A stretch of 64,000 nt of DNA from IMG/VR virus record IMGVR_UViG_3300007516_001784, positions 27,429 to 91,428 of that record; one strand, 5' to 3'. Below, piece by piece: positions 20,040 through 30,038 of this stretch. Every line of letters starts with the position of its first letter. The stretch's first letter is position 1. Position numbers and translations under genes: made by a program. This DNA comes from a virus. Taxonomy: Duplodnaviria > Caudoviricetes. The notes under the pieces were generated by a model. That model did no database searches, was not told where the DNA came from, and was given only the letters and a program-made list of their open reading frames with translations.

Positions 20040-21977
20040 ATGATATTAGTTTCTGGGTCTCCTCCTTATGAGTATGAATCTACTCTTCCAGTAAGGGCGG
20101 CCAATCCGTATACAACAACAGACGGCATTGGTGCGTCTGGTATATTACTGGAACAAGCTGAGTTTGTTATTGCGGCAGAGCTACGTAAGTTTTCTATTTC
20201 GCCTCATGATCCTTCTATTTTGCCAGACTATTTTACTTACACCAACACTAATGTTGCACCGTCTGGTCCATATGAACCAAAATCTGATGGTAGCACCGTT
20301 AACAATCTGTTGAATCCGACTGTATTGTGCGTTAACAAAATTGAAGATTTACGTAACGCACTAGATTCTCTTTTTGCGGCATATGCCTTTGATACATTTG
20401 CTAACTATAAGTTTTTAGCTAGGGGTGACGTTCATAAAAGCGACTGGATTAGGCAGGCATTTCCACATAGCCCCAGCGGACACAATCCAATAGATTACTT
20501 TGGTAATCCAACAACTATTGGTGACTATCTCAGGCCATTGCCAGATATTGGACAGAATTTTGATACTGATCAACATTATCTTGGCGGATCTGGAGTTCTT
20601 CTTGATATTGATTTTGCTGAGGTAATTTTTCAGCCCTATCCTTTTACTAGATTTACTAGTTTTGGTAACATGCAACCTGGAAGTCAACAATTTCTTGTTC
20701 AGTGTTCGCCATTGTTTCCTGCTTTTCAAAAGACTGATGGTAATGTTATCTCTACTAATGGCAGAGAACCTACCAGGGCAGAAATTGAACAGTTCAACTC
20801 TAGTAGAGTTGCCGCCGACGCCTCACATGTTTCTTCTGGCTTTGTGCGATTAGATGGATATTGTTTACATCCTTCTAGCACTTACATGCTTGCACAATAC
20901 ACGGGTGAAAACTTTACACCATCTAATACAAATGACTTTGATTATTATACTGGAGAGCCGCGTTATGTTACATTAGGTGGGCCAATTCCCATCAATGATA
21001 ATTCATTAAGAGCTTTTATTGCCCCTCATGTAGCTGCTTCGGGTGTTTATCGTTTTGTTGTTAAAAACAGTAAAGCGGCGTTTCCAAAAACTGCCGTCGA
21101 ATCTGGCATTGTTAGTATTTTTCCACCAGAAAATATTACATATCCTACGACTACTAACAGTGGTTTTGGTTATCATGTTTTTGATGATGCTATTTGGATT
21201 ACATCTAATTCAGGTGGGTCAACTCTAGATGGCCGCCCATCTGGACTCGCTGTCATGTCACCATTTACTGGACATATGATGTGGGTATCTAAAGCGGAAG
21301 ATGCAAATAAATGGGGTACGTCACGTGGACTTGCTCAAACTGGCACATCTTTGTATAGAGTTCAAAGAAATGTTTCTGCTGCTGCTGTTAATTTTACACA
21401 ATATGATAGTGCAACATTAGACGAGCTATCTGTTACCAGCTCTGCATATGGTGGTGGTACCGGGCAATCAGTAGATCTATTTTTTGATGGCACTAACTAT
21501 TGGATGACAAATACTCTTGTTGACTTCTATTATAGATTTGATGCTGCATTTGGATATACCGATGTACAAGTTCCTGCTCGTGGTGGGCGACGTGGTGCTT
21601 ATATTAATGGTAAGTTGCTTGGATTTGGTGACACTGCTTCGGGTGGCATGACTAGTGGTATTGTTGAGTGGACTTTTGCCGGTGGATCAACTACAGTAGT
21701 TGCAACTAAAAAAGTGAATGGTGCTCCATTTATTGGTAACAGGGCGTTTGGCGTTGTACATGACATGATTGAAGTGACTGGTGCTTCTCATGTTACTAAT
21801 GGAACTTGGGCACTTGTCTCTTGGGGTACAACCTTTGGCAATCAAGATATTTACTTGGTACGATTAGAAGAGGCAGCTACAACCTGGGAAATATTAGCCT
21901 TCTATATTTTGGCACGAACACAAACAACTATTAGCGTTGGCTCTCTTTTAGACATTACATACATACCGATACCTTAG
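20040..21977 (+). CDS. Virion protein with a probable C-terminal beta-propeller-like region
   Basis: 645 aa; DLFFDGTNYWMT-type strands; ~13 SG. Confidence 0.55.
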   Translation: MILVSGSPPYEYESTLPVRAANPYTTTDGIGASGILLEQAEFVIAAELRKFSISPHDPSILPDYFTYTNTNVAPSGPYEPKSDGSTVNNLLNPTVLCVNKIEDLRNALDSLFAAYAFDTFANYKFLARGDVHKSDWIRQAFPHSPSGHNPIDYFGNPTTIGDYLRPLPDIGQNFDTDQHYLGGSGVLLDIDFAEVIFQPYPFTRFTSFGNMQPGSQQFLVQCSPLFPAFQKTDGNVISTNGREPTRAEIEQFNSSRVAADASHVSSGFVRLDGYCLHPSSTYMLAQYTGENFTPSNTNDFDYYTGEPRYVTLGGPIPINDNSLRAFIAPHVAASGVYRFVVKNSKAAFPKTAVESGIVSIFPPENITYPTTTNSGFGYHVFDDAIWITSNSGGSTLDGRPSGLAVMSPFTGHMMWVSKAEDANKWGTSRGLAQTGTSLYRVQRNVSAAAVNFTQYDSATLDELSVTSSAYGGGTGQSVDLFFDGTNYWMTNTLVDFYYRFDAAFGYTDVQVPARGGRRGAYINGKLLGFGDTASGGMTSGIVEWTFAGGSTTVVATKKVNGAPFIGNRAFGVVHDMIEVTGASHVTNGTWALVSWGTTFGNQDIYLVRLEEAATTWEILAFYILARTQTTISVGSLLDITYIPIP

Positions 21978-21983
21978 TGTATT
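21974..21983 (+). promoter_or_regulatory. TTAGTGTATT motif, putative late promoter
   Basis: At the start of the intergenic gap, ~80 nt before ATG 22065. Confidence 0.55.
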
Positions 21984-22064
21984 AATATGTAGCATTGATA
22001 TGACATCATAGCCGAACAAAGCGAAGCGTTCTTTTGATAGCTGAGCTTAACAAGGATAATTAAC

Positions 22065-22724
22065 ATGGTAAGCGGAATTCGTTTTTTTGCATGCTCTGGT
22101 GCTATGGGCGGGACGCCCAGTACACGAGCAACACCCAATCTTGAGATTTTCAATCTCGAAGCTGGAGCTACAAATAACCCCAATCGTATGGGCTTTTTTG
22201 GACTTGCTGGTGCTCCAAATAGTGCTGTAATTGTTGGTCAGTACCAAGATCGTACACATCGTTGTGACGAGACTGGTGTTGACTTCGGTACGATGATCAA
22301 CGTTAAGTTTACGGGAGCAAGCACTGCTAGTGTATCTGGCGTGCCATTTACAGCCGGTCTCACTAATATTCCTTCGACTTCTGGCACTCTCTTGTGTCGT
22401 TTTATCGACCCAAATAACACGGCTGTGATCACGCAGAATGCAACATTCAGTGCCATTAGCTTGACGCCTGGATCTGGTACTCCAAACGTTGCCGATCTCG
22501 TGAGTGCTGGTATTTTGATCAAGGCCGCTCAACTTCAAGATACGCAAGGCTTTGCTGGAAATGCTTCGTGGCAAAATATCGACAGTAGCGGCTCTGCACT
22601 AGCTCTTGAAACTCAGTTGAGTGCTCAATCAGTTCATGACTACCATCTTATTATCAGTGGTACGCCGACTGCTGCTGGACGTAAGATCAACTTTGCGTAC
22701 TTGTTATTGTTAGAGTATTTGTAA
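22065..22724 (+). CDS. Putative virion structural protein (219 aa)
   Basis: RBS AAGGA; Gly/Ala/Thr/Ser-rich beta protein, ~7 SG; last gene of the structural block. Confidence 0.65.
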   Translation: MVSGIRFFACSGAMGGTPSTRATPNLEIFNLEAGATNNPNRMGFFGLAGAPNSAVIVGQYQDRTHRCDETGVDFGTMINVKFTGASTASVSGVPFTAGLTNIPSTSGTLLCRFIDPNNTAVITQNATFSAISLTPGSGTPNVADLVSAGILIKAAQLQDTQGFAGNASWQNIDSSGSALALETQLSAQSVHDYHLIISGTPTAAGRKINFAYLLLLEYL

Positions 22725-22776
22725 GCAACGTCTAGAGGCGTTAAACTCTATCTTGATGCGTGGCAACATTTTTCGA

Positions 22777-22809
22777 TAGACGAGTCTATGTCTGTTGGTC
22801 ATAATGTAG
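22777..22809 (+). promoter_or_regulatory. Putative early/middle sigma70-like promoter TAGACG-N17-CATAAT
   Basis: Shares TAGAC...TTGGTCATAATRTAG with 59464-59495; heads the replication module. Confidence 0.5.
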
Positions 22810-22836
22810 TGTCAATCACGAAGATGATTTTCACTC

Positions 22837-23304
22837 GTGGACATGATCAATATGCTGGCATTCTCTTCAAAACATCCATTTGTTCCTAATCCTGCGAAGG
22901 ATCCGACCGCTAGTCGTTGGATTGCCTCCCTCTCTGACGGTACAACCGTTTTCGAGGACGTTACGCCAGGAGAACGAACGGCCTGGGTTCGTCTTAGCGA
23001 GTACGTTAAGGTTCATAAGTTCAAGCTTACGAATCTACGACTAGAAGCGTACGGTCGTCGTGTTGTACTTATGCCTTATCGAGACGATAGTGGCAATCCC
23101 CAGATTAATGGCTACTGGCAATCTAAGAAGGCTGGGGCATTACTGAATGCAACACAGGTCGACCAGATTAATTGGGTTGGCATTGGCCTGATTAAAGGTC
23201 GCGAAATTCATGTGACGTGGATTGATCATGCTGGCAACGTCTCCTACGAAATAAAGCCGTATAGCGAGACTAATCTCGCGTGCATAGTGAACGACGCAGT
23301 ATGA
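22837..23304 (+). CDS. Hypothetical protein (start uncertain: 22837, 22843 or 22852)
   Basis: First ORF of the replication operon. Confidence 0.65.
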   Translation: MDMINMLAFSSKHPFVPNPAKDPTASRWIASLSDGTTVFEDVTPGERTAWVRLSEYVKVHKFKLTNLRLEAYGRRVVLMPYRDDSGNPQINGYWQSKKAGALLNATQVDQINWVGIGLIKGREIHVTWIDHAGNVSYEIKPYSETNLACIVNDAV

Positions 23305-23738
23305 AGTACAAGTCGATTACAACGCCCGAAATTGAGCATGATGAAGCCAATATTCTCACGGAGATGCTGTGGCTGAATCGTGATCTACGATCAGACATCT
23401 TCCCGTGGCGTGGCGACAACGGCAAAGAGTGGGGTCGATTCGTCTCGGCCTTCAAGAAGCTCATGGGGCCATCGTTTGGCCTATCCTCCGAGCAACTTGC
23501 TTTCTACGTTTTCAAGTGTAAGCCGCACTACATAAATCCACCAGAGTTTGCCAAGATGGCTGTCGTAGCCCGCAAGCTGTTTAGACGCTATAACATAGAC
23601 GAAGTATGTAGACTCTATTCCGATCAACGCCGCGAGTCCATGAAACCCGGACTTGAAAAGGCATCATACAAGCAAGAAAAACCGAAGTCATTCCTGACTT
23701 TTTTGAAGGAGCTAGAACGTGGCGAAGTCAAAGACTGA
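23301..23738 (+). CDS. Hypothetical protein
   Basis: ATG 23301 overlaps the previous stop (ATGA). Confidence 0.65.
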   Translation: MKYKSITTPEIEHDEANILTEMLWLNRDLRSDIFPWRGDNGKEWGRFVSAFKKLMGPSFGLSSEQLAFYVFKCKPHYINPPEFAKMAVVARKLFRRYNIDEVCRLYSDQRRESMKPGLEKASYKQEKPKSFLTFLKELERGEVKD

Positions 23739-24885
23739 TAAGCAGCCCAATGTTCCCGCACAAGTTTCGCTTGAGTTCTTTAGTGGTGAGCTAAGCAACG
23801 AAGAAACGGGCGTGTACGTTGTTGGTGCCAACGCAATGGAAGATCCGCCGGGTAATGAAAGTGGATCGTATACTCTAGACTACGACCTAGTTGTTCCATT
23901 TCCAGCGGGTCGTATTACCGAACTTTATGGAGATGAGGGTACAGGCAAGACAACTATCATTCTTGAAATTATAGGAAGAGCGTTATCTACTGATCCGACT
24001 AAGCGATGCATGTTTGTCAATATGGAGAAGAGCTTGAATGTTTCTCTCATGAGGACGATTCGTAGTCTACGTCCATTCGTGGAAGAGGCTGTTTCGAAAA
24101 AGAATGATTGTCGTTTTTGGATCGTCAATACTACAAATGGCGAACAAGCTCTTGAGGCAATGCGTCAGTTTGCTGCCATGTGTCCAGGTGGCATTGCTGC
24201 TCTTGACTCTATTGATGCGGCACAACCCGAGACTGTTTTGTCTGGTGCTATTGGCGAGAACCGAGTTGGTAATCATGGTAAGTTAATGTCTGATGCTATG
24301 CGTAAACTTATCGGTGTAGCCGAACAGAACAATGTTGCGTTAATCTTTACCAATCAAACTCGTAGCAAGATTACGTTGTATGGTGATCCAACTACAACGC
24401 CGGGTGGTGCTGCCGTTGCATTCTATGCGTCTCAACGTATTCGTCTTAAGAAGCCAACTAAGGCAGATATGATTACGATGGCGGATGGTCAGATTATTGG
24501 CAAGCTGATCAATTATAAGGTGGTCAAGAACAAGTTTGCACCAGAGGGGGCAGAAAATGCCATACCTCTACTCTATAATAGCGGTATTTTTCGCGAGCAA
24601 GAACTTGTGATTCAGTGCTGCAACTTTGGTATCTTGCGTTTGGGTGGCAAGGGTGGCAAACAAGTTTATTTGCACAAGCTAGATCGTGCCACCAATGAAT
24701 TTGTCAAGAAAGATGCTACGGAACTAGATGGTATGTGGATGTCTCAATTCAATGCGTCACGCAAACTATTGCTTGACCCGGCATTGACGCTTAAGCTTGA
24801 TCAAGAGTTAAAAGCATTCCTTAAGACGGACGGACGCCATGATGCTTTAGATGATATTACAGATGAAGTTTCTGACCCTCAGTAA
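23719..24885 (+). CDS. recA: RecA/UvsX-like recombinase
   Basis: PAGRITELYGDEGTGKTT Walker A, GEQALE, LDSIDA Walker B, IFTNQTRSKI, TTPGG..FYASQRI, VVKNK. Confidence 0.93.
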   Translation: MAKSKTDKQPNVPAQVSLEFFSGELSNEETGVYVVGANAMEDPPGNESGSYTLDYDLVVPFPAGRITELYGDEGTGKTTIILEIIGRALSTDPTKRCMFVNMEKSLNVSLMRTIRSLRPFVEEAVSKKNDCRFWIVNTTNGEQALEAMRQFAAMCPGGIAALDSIDAAQPETVLSGAIGENRVGNHGKLMSDAMRKLIGVAEQNNVALIFTNQTRSKITLYGDPTTTPGGAAVAFYASQRIRLKKPTKADMITMADGQIIGKLINYKVVKNKFAPEGAENAIPLLYNSGIFREQELVIQCCNFGILRLGGKGGKQVYLHKLDRATNEFVKKDATELDGMWMSQFNASRKLLLDPALTLKLDQELKAFLKTDGRHDALDDITDEVSDPQ

Positions 24886-25285
24886 AAAAGAAGTGCGTCT
24901 TGAGATTCTGCCGAGTAAGTATCCTGTTCGGTCCAGAACTCACTCTAAGTCTATAGGTCAGTACAATCTGGGACGTGCTATCCGTTCTATTTATGGTATG
25001 CAAGCTTTAGTTTTAGAAGAGTTTCCTATTCCAGAAGAAAGACTTTTTCTTGACTTTTATATGCCACACAACAATCTTGCATTTGAGTTTCATGGCGTAC
25101 AACACGACAGTTTCAACAAATTCTTTCATGGCGATAAAGATGGCTTCGAGCGTTCAAGGGGCAGAGATCAACGTAAGCGAGACTGGTGCGTGCTCAATAA
25201 AATCCTATTGATCGAAGTGCGTGACACACTTTCTACTGATGAACTCAAAGATTTGATTCAATCGAACAGGGAAGACGATGAGTAA
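24863..25285 (+). CDS. DUF559/Vsr-like PD-(D/E)XK endonuclease
   Basis: LDFYMP..LAFEFHGVQH...RDQRKRDWC..NKI.LIEV pattern. Confidence 0.75.
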   Translation: MKFLTLSKKEVRLEILPSKYPVRSRTHSKSIGQYNLGRAIRSIYGMQALVLEEFPIPEERLFLDFYMPHNNLAFEFHGVQHDSFNKFFHGDKDGFERSRGRDQRKRDWCVLNKILLIEVRDTLSTDELKDLIQSNREDDE

Positions 25286-26780
25286 TATTGCCGCCGAGCA
25301 GGTCTTTTTGGCCGGGGTTATTGCGAACCCAACCAAACTATTTGATTATCTAGACTATCTAGATGATACAGATTTTCAGCACTCAGCCACGAAGATGACA
25401 TTCGAGGCTTTGCGTTCGTTGGTTCTGAATAAGGAAGCAACTAACATCACGAAGTCCAAGCTGGTAGCGGAGGCCAAAGCTCTTGGTCACCAGAACTATC
25501 TATCAGCCACCAAGGATGGGGCGTGGATTGATGAACTCTATAGGGAAAAAGTTGGTGAACAAGAACTAACCGACCTCTTCCTGGAGATTAAGCGTCAGAC
25601 ACTTAAAGGTAGTTACAGGCGTGCCTTTGAAGACACCAACAACTATCTGACAACTACGTCTGATCCTTTGTCGATCATGATTGGTAAGGTCGAAGATGCG
25701 ATCATTAGCCAAGTCAATACACTTGATCGTGGCGAAAACGCTCCTGTACTCCTGACCAAAGGCATTTTCGAGTTCATTGACGCACTCGCGAACGACCCTG
25801 GAAATTTAGGAATAGATTTGGGTTTCCCAATATGGCAAGATCGTGTGGGTCAATTCAGAAACGGGTCTGTAACTTTTGTGGTGGCTACAGCTAAGGCTGG
25901 TAAGTCGCAGTTTGCGTTACGTGCAGCTCTCAATACAGCCCGGAAAGGACTGCCGGTCATCTTGTGTGATAGTGAACTTAACAAGAATGATCAACAGATT
26001 CGTCTTGTGGCTTTGATGGCTCGTGTACCATTCCAGTACATTGAAACTGGTTTTTGGAAGATGACCCCAGAGCAGTTGAAGTTTCATGGAGTAACTGATG
26101 AGCAGCAGATTTCGCACATTATGGAATGTGGTCGCCGCATTCGTGACCCTGAGTTACGTGAGCGTGTTTTGGCCTTACCCATTACGTACCAATCTATTTC
26201 GGGCATGGATGTATCTGCCGTCATTCCGCATCTACGTCGCTGGATTCTAAAAGACGTTAAGCCAGACCGTACTACAAAGAATGCACAGTGTTTAGTCGTC
26301 TACGACTACATTAAGTTGGCGACCGTTTCTGAACTTAAGGCTAATCATAATTTAGCTGAGTGGCAGATGCACGGCATCAACGTAGCGTTGTTACATGACA
26401 CCATGAAGAAGTATAATATTCCTTGTCTGGCGTTTGGCCAGACAAATAATGAGGTTGACGAAGGCATCAAGTGTGTTGCTGGTGGTAAGCGTATTAGCGA
26501 AAACGTTACGTCGGTGAGTTACCTTAAAAGAAAGACAGATGATGAAAGAGCGTTTGACGGCAATGGTTCTCACTATTTACGTGTATTTGTTACACGTTAT
26601 GGTGCGGGTACACCGATTGGTCACATCAATTTTGACGCTGATTTGAGTTGTGGTGACTTCAAAGAGATCGGCCTTAGTACCGTGAACTTCAATGAAGAGC
26701 GTCAAAAGCGGTTAGATCAGTTTAAGAAGAGTCGTGACGTAGCCTCCAAGAGAAAGGGTACCGATGATGAAGATGACTGA
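25278..26780 (+). CDS. dnaB: DnaB-like replicative helicase
   Basis: N-terminal AEQVFLAG; Walker A ATAKAGKS; SEL; VVYDYIKL; adjacent to the primase. Confidence 0.88.
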   Translation: MSNIAAEQVFLAGVIANPTKLFDYLDYLDDTDFQHSATKMTFEALRSLVLNKEATNITKSKLVAEAKALGHQNYLSATKDGAWIDELYREKVGEQELTDLFLEIKRQTLKGSYRRAFEDTNNYLTTTSDPLSIMIGKVEDAIISQVNTLDRGENAPVLLTKGIFEFIDALANDPGNLGIDLGFPIWQDRVGQFRNGSVTFVVATAKAGKSQFALRAALNTARKGLPVILCDSELNKNDQQIRLVALMARVPFQYIETGFWKMTPEQLKFHGVTDEQQISHIMECGRRIRDPELRERVLALPITYQSISGMDVSAVIPHLRRWILKDVKPDRTTKNAQCLVVYDYIKLATVSELKANHNLAEWQMHGINVALLHDTMKKYNIPCLAFGQTNNEVDEGIKCVAGGKRISENVTSVSYLKRKTDDERAFDGNGSHYLRVFVTRYGAGTPIGHINFDADLSCGDFKEIGLSTVNFNEERQKRLDQFKKSRDVASKRKGTDDEDD

Positions 26781-27819
26781 AAACGAAAAAGGGGCTTTAC
26801 GTAATCACGCAAATCGCAACATTACTTATCTACTTGATAAGCTTGCAATCAACTATACCGATCGTGGAGATGGTCTTATTCAGTCGTGTTGCAAGTGTCA
26901 ACAACATGGTGGAGATCGTGATAATCCCACCGCCTTTAGTTGGCGTCCAGGTCTCGGCAGGTGGGTGTGTTGGACTCATCACTGCGAAGAGTCACGAGGC
27001 AACGACATTTTTGGTCTTGTAAGTAGCATTCTCGGCACCAATTTTCTCGGCACCTCTAAGTGGATTCATGATCGTCTATCTGAGAAGAGTATTGACGTAA
27101 CTCAAGTCGTAGCCCCGCCCGAGAATCTTTATCGTGGAACGGCACTTCATACACATGAACCACTCAAGGAGGATAATCTGCGTTTCTTGCAGATGGATCC
27201 CGAGTACCTGATTAAGCGTGGCTTTAGCAAGGAAGTGCTAAGAGATTACAACGCTGGATTGTGGCAACGTCCTGGAACATTCATGCATGATCGTGTAGTG
27301 TTTCCGATTCGAGACCATGATGGATTCTTGGTTGGCTATAGTGGCCGTACTATTCATTCAGAGAAATACTTCACTGAGAAGGGTACCGAGTATCGCAAAT
27401 GGATTCATGGTCGCAACTACAATCTATGGCCAAAGCGTGGCGAACTTTTGATTAGTTCATTACTATTCAATCTTAATAGAGCAAAGCGTTTTATGGGTCA
27501 GCAGAAGAAGATGATCGTAGTAGAGGGGCCGCTTGATGGCATGAAGCTGGAAATGTCCGGCATTCATAATTGGGTAGCGACCCTCGGAACGACATTTTGT
27601 GCCAACCACAGAACTCTATTGGTTAAGTATGGCATTACTGACGTGTACGTCGCTTATGATGATGATGAAAACGATGCCGGTGACAGGGGACTCACGAGAC
27701 TTAAGCGTGTTGTTGGTGACATCTTTAACGTTCATCAAGTTGATCTTAATGGATCGCACGACTGCGGCGAACTTCCTATCGAACAACTTCAACTCATTTT
27801 CAAGGGTGTAGGATGCTAA
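26773..27819 (+). CDS. dnaG: DnaG-type DNA primase
   Basis: N-terminal Zn-binding C..H...C..C; DRVVFPIRD..G.LVGYSGR; TOPRIM VVEGPLD and YDDD. Confidence 0.9.
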   Translation: MTENEKGALRNHANRNITYLLDKLAINYTDRGDGLIQSCCKCQQHGGDRDNPTAFSWRPGLGRWVCWTHHCEESRGNDIFGLVSSILGTNFLGTSKWIHDRLSEKSIDVTQVVAPPENLYRGTALHTHEPLKEDNLRFLQMDPEYLIKRGFSKEVLRDYNAGLWQRPGTFMHDRVVFPIRDHDGFLVGYSGRTIHSEKYFTEKGTEYRKWIHGRNYNLWPKRGELLISSLLFNLNRAKRFMGQQKKMIVVEGPLDGMKLEMSGIHNWVATLGTTFCANHRTLLVKYGITDVYVAYDDDENDAGDRGLTRLKRVVGDIFNVHQVDLNGSHDCGELPIEQLQLIFKGVGC

Positions 27820-28781
27820 AACTCAAATCATGTTCACCTAGCCGTATCAAGACGTACGACATGTGTAAGTTTAAATACTGGCTTACCTATAATTGTCCTG
27901 GTCTAAAGCTTAAGACAAATTGGGGGGCGGTACATGGATCTTTGTTGCATGATGTCTTGGAGAATCTTGCTAATGAAAATGATACAGATTGGATGAGTCG
28001 TCTGTACAGGGGGTATGCTGGTGAACTTGCTACGTTAGACCGCAAGGGTCAGCCTGAGATTATGGAGTCACCTCTAGTCTGGGCGAAGACTAAAGATTAT
28101 CATGACAAGAAGCCTTACTGTGATACCTGTCCATATAAGCAGGGCGATATATGTGGCATCTCTAAAGAGAAGCTTGATGATCTAACGGGCTGTCCACGGA
28201 ACCTGTTTGATGGTTCAGTCAGTATGCTTGAGACGACCATCAAGAAGTATAGAAATGGCATTTGGGACAAGATGCTTCGAGACGCGAAGGGCGTTCCTAT
28301 CGGCACTGAGTACTCATTTAATATCAAGCTTACAGGCACGGACGTTCCTCTGATCGGCATTATGGATCTCGTGATCGAAGAAGATCCCGAAACGATTCAC
28401 ATCATTGACTATAAGAGTGGTGCTTGGGTACAAAATTATGCTGAGTGTCGCGAAGACATTCAAGTAAAGATCTATTCAATGGCGAGCCGTAAGGAGTTCA
28501 TTGAAGACGTGAACAACAAGGGATACAAATACAAGAATGTCATGTTGACTTTCGACTACTTTACCAGCACCCCCATTACTATCGCTTTTACAGCGGAAGA
28601 GGATGCTGAGACGGAAATTTCGACAGTTAAAAAGATTCATGAGATTGAAAACACTAATTGGATTGATCGTATTGTTCGTAGTAACGAAGACTTCTCTCAG
28701 CGTTGGGCTTGGAAGTGTAAGTCGCTTTGCGATACGGAAGTGTGTGCGTCTAAGTGGACGGGAAAGTTCAAGGCGGAATGA
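27813..28781 (+). CDS. Cas4/AddB-like PD-(D/E)XK exonuclease
   Basis: SPSRIKTYDMCKFKY, GSLLHDVLE, GIMDLV..IIDYKSG, C-terminal CKSLC..C. Confidence 0.85.
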   Translation: MLKLKSCSPSRIKTYDMCKFKYWLTYNCPGLKLKTNWGAVHGSLLHDVLENLANENDTDWMSRLYRGYAGELATLDRKGQPEIMESPLVWAKTKDYHDKKPYCDTCPYKQGDICGISKEKLDDLTGCPRNLFDGSVSMLETTIKKYRNGIWDKMLRDAKGVPIGTEYSFNIKLTGTDVPLIGIMDLVIEEDPETIHIIDYKSGAWVQNYAECREDIQVKIYSMASRKEFIEDVNNKGYKYKNVMLTFDYFTSTPITIAFTAEEDAETEISTVKKIHEIENTNWIDRIVRSNEDFSQRWAWKCKSLCDTEVCASKWTGKFKAE

Positions 28782-29356
28782 TGGCACGAATTTCAAAAGA
28801 TCTGATTGACGCATACTTTCAATATGGCGTTGACATTACCAATCGAAAAGTGTTCCTGTTTGACGACGTTGATGCCAGCAGTATTGGTGCTGTCATTAAA
28901 GGTCTATATTTAATGGAGTCTCAATATTCAAATAAGCCAATTGAACTTTTTGTAGGCTCGTTTGGTGGATCTGAATATGATATGTTTGCCCTATATGATG
29001 TATGTCGTACATTAGTGAGTCCCATTTATACTACAGCCATTGGCAAGTGTATGTCTGCGGCACCACTGCTTGTTGCCGCAGGCGAAAAAGGATATCGCTA
29101 TGCTACTCCCAATACCTTTTTCATGGTTCATGAGTCATGGGAAGAATTTGGTGCCAAAAGAGTTGATGAGCTTGAATTGGACTTAAGGCACTATAGAGTT
29201 ATGGGATCCAAGTGGGGTGAATTGATGGGTAAACACAGTAACAAAACTCCTAAGTTTTGGCTAGGTCTTTGTAAAAAATCTGGCGACACTTACTTTGACG
29301 CCGAACAGGCTTTAGAGTGGGGTTTGATTGATCACATTTGGGATGAGAAGGAGTGA
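28778..29356 (+). CDS. clpP: ClpP-like protease subunit
   Basis: RKVFLFDDVD, SFGGS, GKCMSAA (Ser), FMVHE (His), DTYFDAEQALEWGLIDHI. Confidence 0.88.
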   Translation: MMARISKDLIDAYFQYGVDITNRKVFLFDDVDASSIGAVIKGLYLMESQYSNKPIELFVGSFGGSEYDMFALYDVCRTLVSPIYTTAIGKCMSAAPLLVAAGEKGYRYATPNTFFMVHESWEEFGAKRVDELELDLRHYRVMGSKWGELMGKHSNKTPKFWLGLCKKSGDTYFDAEQALEWGLIDHIWDEKE

Positions 29357-29357
29357 T

Positions 29358-30038
29358 ATGTCGAAATCAGTAGTACGTATTATGTGTTGGAAACGCTCAC
29401 ACGTTACCGAATTGGTCATGAATAGGAGTCAGGAGCAGAAACTTGAATCGGATATTCCTAAGATGAAGAAGGTGTGTCCTAATTGTAAGCCAGAACATTC
29501 TGCCATTACGATTGTGGGTGGTGCAACAGTGTTTAGTCCAGCGAAAGGCTATCGTTGCGAGCATGGTCACTTGAGTCTAATCTCGACGCTCGGCGAGCAA
29601 CTAAACGTCTGTTTTGGCCCCAGTCATGATGAATTTGTAAACGTTGCAGGATCGCTGGCCGACTTGCCGAATCTGGTTGACGAGGGTCACATTGCGTGTA
29701 ATCATGTAGTGGATGGAAAGATGTGCGACTGTAAGCTAACCGCTATTGATGACTTTGTTCTGAATTACCCGTCGTCTCCTGGTATCAAAACCAGAACTCG
29801 TATTGGTGATTTGTGGGATCGTCATGGTATCGAGCCGGTACGTACAGGCAACTATGACGGACGGGGCGGCTATAATGATAGTCGTTCACAGAAAGCTAAC
29901 AACTATCGGTTGGCTCGTATGAGCAGGGCACGCAATACGTCGAAGGACCGTCAGCCCGGCAAGACAATCAATAAGGCCACGAAAACAGATTACGGACATC
30001 GCAACAAGTCGTCCGTAAATCCAGACAGACTCAAATGA
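29358..30038 (+). CDS. Hypothetical Cys/His-rich (Zn-binding) protein
   Basis: RBS AAGGAG before ATG 29358; CPNC, CEHGH, CNH..CDC. Confidence 0.6.
   Translation: MSKSVVRIMCWKRSHVTELVMNRSQEQKLESDIPKMKKVCPNCKPEHSAITIVGGATVFSPAKGYRCEHGHLSLISTLGEQLNVCFGPSHDEFVNVAGSLADLPNLVDEGHIACNHVVDGKMCDCKLTAIDDFVLNYPSSPGIKTRTRIGDLWDRHGIEPVRTGNYDGRGGYNDSRSQKANNYRLARMSRARNTSKDRQPGKTINKATKTDYGHRNKSSVNPDRLK

Noticed and set aside
27813-28781. CRISPR-Cas locus around the Cas4-like gene
   Set aside because: No repeat-spacer array or other cas genes seen; context is replication/recombination
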